Shown: in pieces, positions 18,585 through 27,404 of the stretch | Layout of the letters: each line of letters begins with the position of its first letter | Numbering within the stretch: position 1 is the first letter of the stretch | Source of the DNA: Synechococcus elongatus PCC 6301 | GTDB lineage: Bacteria; Cyanobacteriota; Cyanobacteriia; Synechococcales; Synechococcaceae | Direction: 5' to 3' | DNA length: 32,000 bases | Assembly: GCF_000010065.1 (NCBI RefSeq) | Contig: NC_006576.1 | Location: 90,001 to 122,000 of the forward strand | Notes under the pieces: generated by a model | Told to the model about the DNA's origin: nothing | What the model saw: only the letters and a program-made list of their open reading frames with translations | The model's database searches: none | Translations under genes and position numbers: made by a program

Positions 18585-19205
18585 GTGCTGGGTCTGGCGA
18601 TTCATACTTCCACCCCCACCTTGGGGCTAGCGCTCAGTCAAGGAGCTGAGCTTCCGCTGGGGCAGACTTGGGAGGTTGGTCGCGATACAGCAGCGGTCCT
18701 ACTGCAGCACCTACAAGACTTTATTGCTCCGCATCGTTGGACAGATTTAGACTTTCTAGCTGTTGCCTATGGGCCGGGCGGCTTTACGGGAACGCGAATT
18801 GGCGTTGTCACAGCCCGCACCTTGGCTCAACAATTAGAAATCCCTCTCTTTGGCCTCTCAACCTTGGCGGGGTTGGCTGCCGCCCAATGGCGACAAACAG
18901 GGCAGAACCAAGCGATTGCCGTGTCGATGGATGCCCAGCGGGGTCAGTTGATTGGCGCACTGTATGGCTGTCAGGATGGCATTCCCGTTGCCCTAGAAGC
19001 AGAGCAGGTCTACGAACCAGTGGCCTGGACTGAGCGATTGGCCAGTTGGGGACAGGAAGATTGCCGAGCAGATGCCGCGATCGCAACCACGGTGACGGAT
19101 CTCCTCGCGATCGCAGAACGCCAGTGGCAACGGGGCGATCGCCCTGATTGGTCTTCTGCTTTGCCCTACTACGGCCAGCATCCAGTAACCATCACGGCAG
19201 GCTAG
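18585..19205 (+). CDS. tsaB: tRNA threonylcarbamoyladenosine biosynthesis protein TsaB
   Basis: LGLAIHTSTPTLGLAL N-terminus and FLAVAYGPGGFTGTRIGVVTARTLAQQLEIPLFGLSTL core. Confidence 0.92.
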   Translation: MLGLAIHTSTPTLGLALSQGAELPLGQTWEVGRDTAAVLLQHLQDFIAPHRWTDLDFLAVAYGPGGFTGTRIGVVTARTLAQQLEIPLFGLSTLAGLAAAQWRQTGQNQAIAVSMDAQRGQLIGALYGCQDGIPVALEAEQVYEPVAWTERLASWGQEDCRADAAIATTVTDLLAIAERQWQRGDRPDWSSALPYYGQHPVTITAG

Positions 19206-19268
19206 GCTGTCGAAGACTGTGTAGCAGTGCTAAGGTACAGCCGTTTCTGCTTTGCGTCTGACAAGCTC

Positions 19269-19835
19269 ATGCATCGTCTGATACCGATCACCCTTTTGCT
19301 CAGCCTAGGTGTGGTCTGGGGACTCAACCGAGTTGCTGTCGCCCAGCGATCGCCCCAGGCGATCTTTGTTTTGGGTGGCGATCCGCAGCGGGAGCAATTT
19401 GCAGCTGAGCTGGCCCAAACTCACCCCGATCTACCGATTTGGGTGTCCTCGGGCTCCAATCCTGAATATGCCGAATGGGTGTTTGGTCAAGCAGGCGTCC
19501 CTCGGTCACGCCTACATTTGGACTACCAGGCCACCGACACCCTCAGCAACTTCACCAGCTTGGCCGATCGCTTTCAGCAGCAGGGCATCCAGCACGTCTA
19601 CCTCGTGACCTCGGACTATCACATGCGCCGCGCTTTAGTGATCGCCAATATTGTCTTTGCTAGCCGGGGCATCACGTTTGAGCCAGTTCCTGTCCCCTTC
19701 GACAGGGCTTCCGAGTCTTGGCGCAAAGCCATCCGCGATGGGGGACGGGCGATTATTTGGGTGCTACTTGGCCCCGAAGCAGAACTCTGGCTCAGCAAGG
19801 CTTGGCCGCAAGTGCTAGCGACCCAGACTGTGTAA
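19269..19835 (+). CDS. YdcF family (DUF218) protein
   Basis: AIFVLGGDPQRE...ARSRLHLDYQATDTLSNF...VYLVTSDYHMRRALVIANIVF motifs. Start placed at MHRLIP (ATG 19269), not 19227. Confidence 0.88.
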   Translation: MHRLIPITLLLSLGVVWGLNRVAVAQRSPQAIFVLGGDPQREQFAAELAQTHPDLPIWVSSGSNPEYAEWVFGQAGVPRSRLHLDYQATDTLSNFTSLADRFQQQGIQHVYLVTSDYHMRRALVIANIVFASRGITFEPVPVPFDRASESWRKAIRDGGRAIIWVLLGPEAELWLSKAWPQVLATQTV

Positions 19836-20492
19836 ATGGTTAATCGCGGCGGCACAGCTCAAGGTAACCCGCTCCAGTTCCGCGCGATCGCCTGATTGGG
19901 GCGGTGCGATCGGCTCGCCAATGCGAATCGTCAGCGGCACGGGGCGCGGTAAAAAGGAGCCTCGTTGGAGAATGCGCTCGGTTCCCCAGAGACTGACCGG
20001 CAAGAGCGGTGCCCCCGTTTTGAGCGCTACCAGCGCTGCCCCCAGCTTGGGCTGGTGAATGCGAGCATCGCGAGTGCGTGTCCCTTCCAGAAAGACACCG
20101 GTTGCCCAGCCGGATTCCACTGCCGCGATCGCCGCTTGTAGGGCCTTGCGATCGCTGCTGCCCCGCCGGACTGGATAGGCACCGTAGAGACGGATCGCCT
20201 GCGCTAAGACAGGAACGCGAAACAGCTCCTCTTTTGCCATGAAAGCGACGGGTCGCCGCACACAGTTGGAGACAATCGGCGGGTCGAAATCGCTGGCATG
20301 GTTACTGACCACAATCAGCGGCCCCGATCGCGGGACATTACCCGCCCCGTAAATCCGTCCCCGGAAGTAGAGGTGCAGCATGGGGCTGACCACCGACCAC
20401 TTGAACAGGTGGTAGAGCAGCAGCGAGTTGAAGGGTTCGCGATCGCGGCGAGCCAGAAGATTAGACCGTGAGGTCTGCTGCTGTTCCAACAT
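19815..20492 (-). CDS. plsC: 1-acyl-sn-glycerol-3-phosphate acyltransferase (PlsC family)
   Basis: 225 aa; LIVVSNHASDFDPP (NHxxxxD) and GVFLEGTRTRD (FxEGTR) acyltransferase motifs. Confidence 0.9.
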   Translation of the reverse strand: MLEQQQTSRSNLLARRDREPFNSLLLYHLFKWSVVSPMLHLYFRGRIYGAGNVPRSGPLIVVSNHASDFDPPIVSNCVRRPVAFMAKEELFRVPVLAQAIRLYGAYPVRRGSSDRKALQAAIAAVESGWATGVFLEGTRTRDARIHQPKLGAALVALKTGAPLLPVSLWGTERILQRGSFLPRPVPLTIRIGEPIAPPQSGDRAELERVTLSCAAAINHLHSLGR

Positions 20493-21342
20493 TGCGCAAT
20501 CCGATTGCAGGACAAGTCCGTTTCATCAAGCCCGTCAGGACCTTACCGGGACCAACTTCAACCAGTTCTTCAACGCCCAGGGCTTCGATTGCCAGACAGG
20601 TTTCGCGCCAGCGCACCGAGCCTGTCATCTGTTGCAACAGGTTTTGCTTGAGCACAGCAGCATCGGTGCTAGGAGTCGCGCTGACATTTGAAAGCACAGG
20701 GACCTGCGCATCCTGAAAATCCACTGCTGCCAGGGTGGCCGCAAACGTCGTTGCCGCCTCAGCCATAAACGGCGAGTGGAATGCCCCGGAGACTGTCAGG
20801 GGGACAGCCCGTTTACTCTTGACGGCTGCCAAGATCGCGTCGACCGCTGCTGGAGTTCCAGAAATCACAACTTGGGCGGCGCTATTGTCATTGGCGAGCA
20901 CTACGCCTTCGGTGTTGGCGATCGCTGCCGCTAGTGCCTCAGCATCAAAGCCAATTAGAGCGGCCATCTTGCCACCGGAAGCGGCCTGCATCAGTTCTGC
21001 CCGTTTCTGAACCAGTTGCAGCCCCGTCGCGAAGTTAAAGACACCTGCGGTGTAGAGGGCTGAATATTCGCCAAGGCTGTGGCCAGCGACAGCATCAGGC
21101 TGCTCACCCTGTTGCTTCAAGCGATCACTCAGAATCGCCTCCAGCACGTAGAGACAGGGCTGCGTGTTAATCGTCTGCGACAGCGTTTCTAAATCGGCTT
21201 GGCAGCGCTCCAGCACCGACCATCCGAGAAGCGCCTCAGCTTCGGCCAAACGCTGTTGAGCTTCTGGCCAATCCTGCAGGTCAACGCCCATTCCCGTTGC
21301 CTGAGATCCTTGCCCCGGAAACACCCACACCGTTTTAGCCAT
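20461..21342 (-). CDS. fabD: Malonyl-CoA:ACP transacylase
   Basis: MAKTVWVFPGQGSQATGMG and AVAGHSLGEYSALYTAG nucleophile motif. Confidence 0.96.
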   Translation of the reverse strand: MAKTVWVFPGQGSQATGMGVDLQDWPEAQQRLAEAEALLGWSVLERCQADLETLSQTINTQPCLYVLEAILSDRLKQQGEQPDAVAGHSLGEYSALYTAGVFNFATGLQLVQKRAELMQAASGGKMAALIGFDAEALAAAIANTEGVVLANDNSAAQVVISGTPAAVDAILAAVKSKRAVPLTVSGAFHSPFMAEAATTFAATLAAVDFQDAQVPVLSNVSATPSTDAAVLKQNLLQQMTGSVRWRETCLAIEALGVEELVEVGPGKVLTGLMKRTCPAIGLRNVGTAADLTV

Positions 21343-21395
21343 AGCGATCGCTCAACTCCTCTCTGTCTCAACGTCTATTTGCTGGCAATCCGTGG

Positions 21396-22403
21396 CTAAA
21401 CCACCGTGCCCCAACGGAACAGCGCTGCGCCCCAGCTCAACCCTGCTCCAAACCCTGAAGCAGCGATTAAGTCGCCCGATTGAATCTTCCCAGCTTTGAC
21501 GGCCTCATCCAAAACCAAGGGGATCGTGGCGGAGGAGGTATTGCCGTAGTTCACCAAGTTGCTAAGTACGCGATCACGGGAAATATCAAGGCGATCGGCG
21601 ACTGCATCGAGAATGCGTTGGTTGGCCTGGTGTAGCAGTAACCAATCGACTTCTTGGCGATCGATCCCGGCGTGGAACAGCGTCTTCTCGAGGATCTCGG
21701 GAACCCGCTTCACCGCAAAACGATAGACCTCTTGGCCATTCATTGCTACCGGCTGATAAGTGCCCTGAGCAATCTCAATATCCGAGAGCAGCGACTGGTT
21801 ATCAGCTTGATAAGCCAGGGTCAAACAGCCGTTGAGGCTGCCATCACTGCGCATTTCAAAGCCGAGCAGTTGATCAATCTCGCTGGCCTGCAGAACAACG
21901 GCCCCGGCGCCATCCCCAAACAGCACACAGGTGCGGCGATCGCTCCAGTCTGTCCAGCGCGACAGCACATCCGCCCCAATCACCAAAACGGTGCGGTAGG
22001 CTCCACTGCGGATAAACTGAGCGCCGGTTACGAGGGCAAACAAGAAGCCGGAACAAGCAGCGGTCAGGTCAAAGGCTACGGCTTGGGTCGCGCCCAAGGC
22101 GGCTTGCACTTGGCAGGCACTGCCGAACAGATCGTCGGGGGTTGACGTCGCCAGCAAAATCAAATCAACCGATGTCGCTTCTAGCCCTGCAGCTTCGAGA
22201 GCTGACTGACCTGCCGCCGCCGCCAAGGAAGAGAGACTTTCAATTTGAGGCTGTGCGACTCGGCGCTGACCAATCCCAGTCCGGCTTCGGATCCATTCAT
22301 CCGAGGTTTCAACCAACTGGGAGAGTTGGTCATTACTGAGGGTTGTAGAAGGAACAGCGGACCCACTGCCAGTGATTGCAACGCCAACGCCAGGTCGAGT
22401 CAA
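21396..22403 (-). CDS. fabH: 3-oxoacyl-ACP synthase III
   Basis: GSAVPSTTLSNDQLSQLVETSDEWIRSRTGI; VDLTAACSGFLFAL active Cys; LLHQANQRI; YGNTSSATIPLVLDE. Confidence 0.96.
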   Translation of the reverse strand: MTRPGVGVAITGSGSAVPSTTLSNDQLSQLVETSDEWIRSRTGIGQRRVAQPQIESLSSLAAAAGQSALEAAGLEATSVDLILLATSTPDDLFGSACQVQAALGATQAVAFDLTAACSGFLFALVTGAQFIRSGAYRTVLVIGADVLSRWTDWSDRRTCVLFGDGAGAVVLQASEIDQLLGFEMRSDGSLNGCLTLAYQADNQSLLSDIEIAQGTYQPVAMNGQEVYRFAVKRVPEILEKTLFHAGIDRQEVDWLLLHQANQRILDAVADRLDISRDRVLSNLVNYGNTSSATIPLVLDEAVKAGKIQSGDLIAASGFGAGLSWGAALFRWGTVV

Positions 22404-22472
22404 ATTAACACTCCGTCACATGCCGGAGTCTTCAGTAAATCACAAGAGAGGGGACGATCGAACAGCGATCGC

Positions 22473-23513
22473 CTAGCTCACCACTGGCTCAGTCACCAGG
22501 TCAGCTGCTGGAGAAGGCGGCTCTTGAATCTGGTGGAGATGGTCAATGACGCGGTTTTCAGCAGCTTCGACGGCCAAGCGAATGGCGCTGTAAATCGAGG
22601 GTGCCTTGGAGCTGCCATGGCTAATGATGCAAATGCCGTTCACACCCAAAAGCAGCGCCCCCCCATGCTCAGCATGGTCAAGCCGCTGTTTAATTCGGCG
22701 CAGGTTGCGGCGCAGCAGAGTCGATCCCACTTTGCCCCGCATGCCACGTGGCAGTTCGTCGCGAATAATTTCGAGGAAAACGCTGCCAACCGCTTCGGCA
22801 AATTTCAACAAGACGTTGCCGACAAAACCATCGCAGACCACCACATCAAACTGGCCTGAGAGCACATCGCGCCCCTCGGCATTGCCGACAAAGCAAATGC
22901 GCGGGTTGTTGCGCAGCAGCTGGTGGCTAGCGAGGGCAAGCTCGTTGCCCTTGGAATCTTCTTCGCCGATGTTGACCAAGCCGACCCGCGGGTTCGCTTG
23001 CCCCAAGACATCGCGGCTGTAGATTGAGCCCATGACTGCAAACTGCTCGAGAAAGCGGGGCTTGCAATCGACGTTAGCGCCGACATCCAAGACCAGCACG
23101 GGTTTGCCTGGGATTACCGTTGGTAGCAAGGCACCGATCGCGGGGCGATCAATTCCACGAATCCGCCCCAACCGCAGCAGCGCAGAGGCCATGACAGCGC
23201 CAGAATGCCCTGCAGAAATCACGGCATCCGCTTCGCCCGCCTTGACCAGATCCATGGCGACGTTGATCGAAGCACGGGGACGGCTGCGCACCGACACCGC
23301 CGCGTCTTCCATCGCGATCGCTTCTTCAGCAGCCTCAATCCGCACCTGTAGATGGGGCGCATGATCTTGGCAAATCGCCCGCAGACGATCGGGATCGCCC
23401 ACTAAAATCACATCGGCCTGGAGTTCTTCTTGGGCGCGCAAAGCCCCTTTCACAATTTCCTCGGGGGCGAAATCGCCGCCCATTGCGTCCACCGCGATCC
23501 GCGCACGCGTCAT
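22473..23513 (-). CDS. plsX: Phosphate acyltransferase PlsX
   Basis: RIAVDAMGGDFAPEEIVKGALRA and ISAGHSGAVMASALLRLGRI. Start placed at MTRARIAVD (23513), not 23600. Confidence 0.95.
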   Translation of the reverse strand: MTRARIAVDAMGGDFAPEEIVKGALRAQEELQADVILVGDPDRLRAICQDHAPHLQVRIEAAEEAIAMEDAAVSVRSRPRASINVAMDLVKAGEADAVISAGHSGAVMASALLRLGRIRGIDRPAIGALLPTVIPGKPVLVLDVGANVDCKPRFLEQFAVMGSIYSRDVLGQANPRVGLVNIGEEDSKGNELALASHQLLRNNPRICFVGNAEGRDVLSGQFDVVVCDGFVGNVLLKFAEAVGSVFLEIIRDELPRGMRGKVGSTLLRRNLRRIKQRLDHAEHGGALLLGVNGICIISHGSSKAPSIYSAIRLAVEAAENRVIDHLHQIQEPPSPAADLVTEPVVS

Positions 23514-23663
23514 CGGCTTACGTCCCTGAATCTCACCGGATTTTATCAGACCCTTTGTCTGCGCCTGAATCACAAGAATAACGGGGATCGATGGCTGCAC
23601 TCGACGAAGCAGCGCCCCATCCCCTGACTATGAGCGCGACGATCGCTGCCGGCGCTGGCTGCT

Positions 23664-24398
23664 CTAACGCCCTTCTTCGCCCGGTTCAACGATGCGTTGG
23701 AAGAGGTAGCCGGTTCCTCGGGCCGTCAGAATGAGCTCAGGGTTGCCCGGATCGTCTTCCAATTTGGCGCGCAGCCGCGAGATGTGGACATCGACTACGC
23801 GGGTATCGACGTGGCGCTCGGGGGTATAGCCCCAGACCTCTTGCAGGATTTCGGCGCGGCTAAAAGGTTCACCGGAGCGGCTGACCAGCAGTTCCAACAA
23901 ACTGAACTCCATGCCCGTCAGACGGATGCGCTCATCGCCTTTGTAGACTTGGCGCTTATTGGTGTCGATGCGGATGCTGTTGATCTGGATGACGCCCGAA
24001 CTGGGGATGCCATTAGCACCGCTTTTTTCGACCCGACGCAGCACCGAGCGGACTCGCGCTTTTAGTTCCTTAGGCGAGAAGGGTTTGACGACGTAGTCAT
24101 CAGCTCCCAACTCAAGCCCCGTAATGCGATCGGCCACATCGCCCAAGGCTGTCAGCATGATGATCGGAACGTCCGACTCTTTGCGCAGCTCTTGGCAAAC
24201 GCCATAGCCATCGAGCTTGGGCATCATCACATCGAGCACCACGAGATCCGGCGTAGCATTGCGGAAGGTGATGAGGGCTTCTTCGCCGTCGGCTGCGGTG
24301 ACAACTTCGTAACCAATCATCGCCAACCGAGTTTCAAGAATCCGCCGGATGCTCGCTTCATCGTCGACAACGAGGATTTTTTCCTTGCGATTTTCCAA
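23664..24398 (-). CDS. rpaB: OmpR-family response regulator RpaB (Ycf27)
   Basis: MENRKEKILVVDDEASIRRILETRLAMIGYEVVTAADGEEALITF...DLVVLDVMMPKLDGYGVCQELR...RHVDTRVVDVHISRLRAKLEDDPGNPELILTARGTGYLFQR. Confidence 0.93.
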   Translation of the reverse strand: MENRKEKILVVDDEASIRRILETRLAMIGYEVVTAADGEEALITFRNATPDLVVLDVMMPKLDGYGVCQELRKESDVPIIMLTALGDVADRITGLELGADDYVVKPFSPKELKARVRSVLRRVEKSGANGIPSSGVIQINSIRIDTNKRQVYKGDERIRLTGMEFSLLELLVSRSGEPFSRAEILQEVWGYTPERHVDTRVVDVHISRLRAKLEDDPGNPELILTARGTGYLFQRIVEPGEEGR

Positions 24399-24555
24399 GA
24401 TTGGCCTCTCTCAAAGGTCGTCGGTTGACTCAGATTCGCCAAAAGCGAATGGCGCAGCAAAATGACAGTGAACCTGCAAATCAATAACAGGATAATCGTA
24501 TTTCTTATCGTTTCGTCATCGTCAGAAAGGTTACCGTCATTGACTTTAAGCAATC

Positions 24556-24601
24556 CGTTACAACACAAAAAATTGTCAAAATTATTTAAAGGTTTGTAAC
24601 G
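24556..24601. promoter_or_regulatory. Inverted repeat CGTTACAA...TTGTAACG in the rpaB/radA divergent intergenic region
   Basis: Perfect 8-bp arms at 24556-24563 and 24594-24601; arms resemble HLR1-type GTTACA half-sites. Confidence 0.45.
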
Positions 24602-24602
24602 A

Positions 24603-26039
24603 ATGGCGCGATCGCGAAGCGAATATGTATGTCAAAACTGCGGCCATCGTGCACCGCGTTACGTCGGCCGCTGTCCCGCCTGCGAAAGCTGGAATAGCCT
24701 CGTGGAGGAAGCAATCGCGCCAACGGCTAAGACGGCGATCGCGACCGTCTTACCTTCCCGACAACGCCGCGATCGCTTAGCTGAAGCCCCACCCCAAGCG
24801 GTTGCTGCCCAGCCCCTCAGTGCGATCGCGGATGTCAGTCAGCAGCGGATTGCCTCAGGTTCTGGCGAGTTCGATCGGGTTCTCGGTGGGGGGTTAGTGC
24901 CGGGTTCTTTGGTGTTGATTGGTGGTGATCCGGGCATTGGTAAATCAACACTGCTGCTGCAGACCGCCACGGCTCTCTCCCAACAGCAGCCAATTCTCTA
25001 CGTCTGTGCCGAGGAATCGGGTCAGCAGGTCAAGCTGCGCTGGCAGCGGATTGCAGCCCACCGATCGCCCAATCAGGCGGATCAGCAGTTCTATTTACTG
25101 CCGGAAATCGACCTGGATGCGATCGTGGCGGAACTGGAGACTCTGCGTCCCCCTGTTGCCATCATCGACAGTATCCAAGCGCTCTACAGCCCAGCCCTCG
25201 GGTCTGCGCCGGGCTCCGTCGCCCAAGTGCGGGAATGCACGGCGGCCCTGATGCGCGTGGCGAAGCAACTGACAATCACCTTGCTGATCGTCGGTCATGT
25301 CACCAAAGACGGCGCCATCGCGGGGCCTAAGGTGTTGGAACACCTCGTCGATACGGTGCTTTACTTCGAGGGTGATCGCTTTGCCAGTCACCGACTGCCG
25401 CGATCGGTCAAGAACCGCTTTGGAGCGTCTCAGGAACTGGGCATCTTTGAGATGGTCGATCGCGGTCTGGAAGAGGTCGGTAATCCCTCAGCGCTGTTCC
25501 TGGGCAGTCGTGATCAAGCAACTAGTGGTACAGCTACGATCGTCGCCTGCGAGGGCACCAGGCCGCTGCTAGTCGAGCTGCAAGCCCTCGTTAGTCCCAG
25601 TAGCTATAGTTCACCGCGCCGTGCTGGTACGGGAATTGAGTACAACCGCTTGCTGCAAATTTTGGCGGTCTTAGAAAAACGCTTGGGTTTGCCGCTGTCA
25701 AAATTCGATGCCTACGTCGCCTCGGCTGGCGGGCTGAATGTGGCTGAACCCGCTGCGGATTTGGGAATTGCGATCGCTCTTGTCGCCAGTTTCCGCGATC
25801 GCTGCCTGCGGCCCGATACGGTACTGATTGGTGAAATCGGCTTAGGGGGACAAATGCGCCCTGTCAGTCAGGTTGAACTGCGCCTCAAGGAGGCTGCCAA
25901 GCTCGGCTTTCAACGAGCGCTCTTACCCAAGGGACAGGAGCGCTGCGAGTCGGATCTGGAACTGGTGCCGGTCAGCCGCTTGGTTGATGCGATCGGTCTA
26001 GCGCTGCAAGAAGCCCCCCCGAGCAGCGATCGTTCTTAG
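24603..26039 (+). CDS. radA: DNA repair protein RadA
   Basis: N-terminal zinc finger YVCQNCGHRAPRYVGRCPACESWNSLVEE, Walker A GGDPGIGKSTLLLQ, KNRFG motif, LonC-like C-terminus. Confidence 0.97.
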   Translation: MARSRSEYVCQNCGHRAPRYVGRCPACESWNSLVEEAIAPTAKTAIATVLPSRQRRDRLAEAPPQAVAAQPLSAIADVSQQRIASGSGEFDRVLGGGLVPGSLVLIGGDPGIGKSTLLLQTATALSQQQPILYVCAEESGQQVKLRWQRIAAHRSPNQADQQFYLLPEIDLDAIVAELETLRPPVAIIDSIQALYSPALGSAPGSVAQVRECTAALMRVAKQLTITLLIVGHVTKDGAIAGPKVLEHLVDTVLYFEGDRFASHRLPRSVKNRFGASQELGIFEMVDRGLEEVGNPSALFLGSRDQATSGTATIVACEGTRPLLVELQALVSPSSYSSPRRAGTGIEYNRLLQILAVLEKRLGLPLSKFDAYVASAGGLNVAEPAADLGIAIALVASFRDRCLRPDTVLIGEIGLGGQMRPVSQVELRLKEAAKLGFQRALLPKGQERCESDLELVPVSRLVDAIGLALQEAPPSSDRS

Positions 26040-26497
26040 AAACGAGATTCAGCCGGTTCTTCTAGCAGTTGGGTCCGGACCGTGGCGCTGAAGCCCGATG
26101 CTTTGAATTGCTTAAGTTGCAGTGGTTCTGGTTGGCTGGCCGGAACGCTGATCCGAATTTCGAAAGGATGATCGCCCGGCGGCACTTCCTCAACCTCACC
26201 TAAGCGCGTGCGATTTTGCATCACTGAGTCGCCGTTCGCGTCGTAGACCCGACCGTAGATATCGACGTCGTAGACGGTTTTGTTGCTGGGGTTGTTGAGC
26301 GTGCCCACCACCAAGTAGCAGGTGGCTGGGCGACTACTACCGCCACTGGTGACAGCTCCTGAATTGAGTTCAGCCGGGCACTGTTGATAGTCAACGGTGG
26401 TGACATTGAGCTGAGTGATAGCCAACGCTGGGCCCGCGCCGAAAATCAGACCGCCAATCAGTACGAGCAAGAGACTGAGCGATCGCCAGATTTTCAT
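26036..26497 (-). CDS. Hypothetical exported protein (FxLYD-like beta-sandwich candidate)
   Basis: 153 aa with signal peptide; VVGTLNNPSNKTVYDVDIYGRVYDANGDSV...VPPGDHPFEIRI pattern. Confidence 0.7.
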   Translation of the reverse strand: MKIWRSLSLLLVLIGGLIFGAGPALAITQLNVTTVDYQQCPAELNSGAVTSGGSSRPATCYLVVGTLNNPSNKTVYDVDIYGRVYDANGDSVMQNRTRLGEVEEVPPGDHPFEIRISVPASQPEPLQLKQFKASGFSATVRTQLLEEPAESRF

Positions 26498-26539
26498 AGT
26501 GATTTCCTTCGCAAGCAGCTTTTCTATTATTGCGACGCT

Positions 26540-27340
26540 TTAGCGTCGACCACAGACAAAGTCATCGGTGATCGGATGCTGGGGCTGGCGAAAGATTTGG
26601 CTGGTCGGTGCAAACTCAATTAGCTTGGTCACGGGCAGTTTCTGTTCGTCGATCAGGACAGGATGGAGCAGGGCTGTGTAGGTGGCGCAGCGTCCGGCTT
26701 GGGCCAAATTGTTGGTGATCAGAAGGATAGTGTGGCGATCGCAGAGCCGCAGCAGCAGTTCTTCAAAGGCAAGGGTCGCTGCTGAATCCAGTGGCAGACA
26801 GGGCTCATCGAGGAGCAGAATGTCAGGTTCCATGGCGGTCGCCCTGGCCAGACAGAGGCGGAGTTGGGTCTCTGGTGAACAATGGCGGGCCGCTTGCTGG
26901 AGGTCTAAATTTTCTGGCAGTTCAACAATGGTCAACACCTCCCGCACCAGCGCTTCCAGATTGCCGCGATAGCCCTGTAAACGAGCAGGTAGGACGATGT
27001 TGTCATAGAGACTACCGGCGATCGGGGTCGCAGGCCCACGAATCAGGGCCAGTTGACAGCGCAAACTTTCAACATTGACTTGGCGATCGCGCAGATTGCG
27101 ATCGCGTAGCCAAATTTGACCGCTTACCCGCAGCTCTGGCTGGAGGTCACTCAGTCGGTTCAGACAGCGCAGCAGCAGGGTTTTACCACAGCCAGAAGGG
27201 CCGACGATCGCAGTGATGGTCTGCTGAGGAAATTCGCAGCTGATCTGATGCAACAGACAGTGATCGCCATGCTCAACCGTCAACCCCTGCAGGCGGAGTG
27301 CGGGGTCAGTGAAACGGGGCGGCGGCGGTAAAAACTCCAT
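26540..27340 (-). CDS. ABC-type ATPase, divergent PstB-like
   Basis: 266 aa; Walker A VGPSGCGKTLLLRCLNRLSDL, Walker B DILLLDEPCLPLD; SLYDNIVLPARLQG resembles PstB SIYDNVAYGPRLHG. Confidence 0.85.
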   Translation of the reverse strand: MEFLPPPPRFTDPALRLQGLTVEHGDHCLLHQISCEFPQQTITAIVGPSGCGKTLLLRCLNRLSDLQPELRVSGQIWLRDRNLRDRQVNVESLRCQLALIRGPATPIAGSLYDNIVLPARLQGYRGNLEALVREVLTIVELPENLDLQQAARHCSPETQLRLCLARATAMEPDILLLDEPCLPLDSAATLAFEELLLRLCDRHTILLITNNLAQAGRCATYTALLHPVLIDEQKLPVTKLIEFAPTSQIFRQPQHPITDDFVCGRR

Positions 27341-27404
27341 GGTGCTTAGTGTAGGGGAGAGTCAGTCCGCTAAGATCCTGTGCGGTTCACCTGGGGAATG
27401 AGGC

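Noticed and set aside
22245-23022. Plus-strand ORFs (22245-22859, 22606-23022) opposite fabH/plsX
   Set aside because: Antisense to two confidently identified genes; translations look like shadow ORFs.
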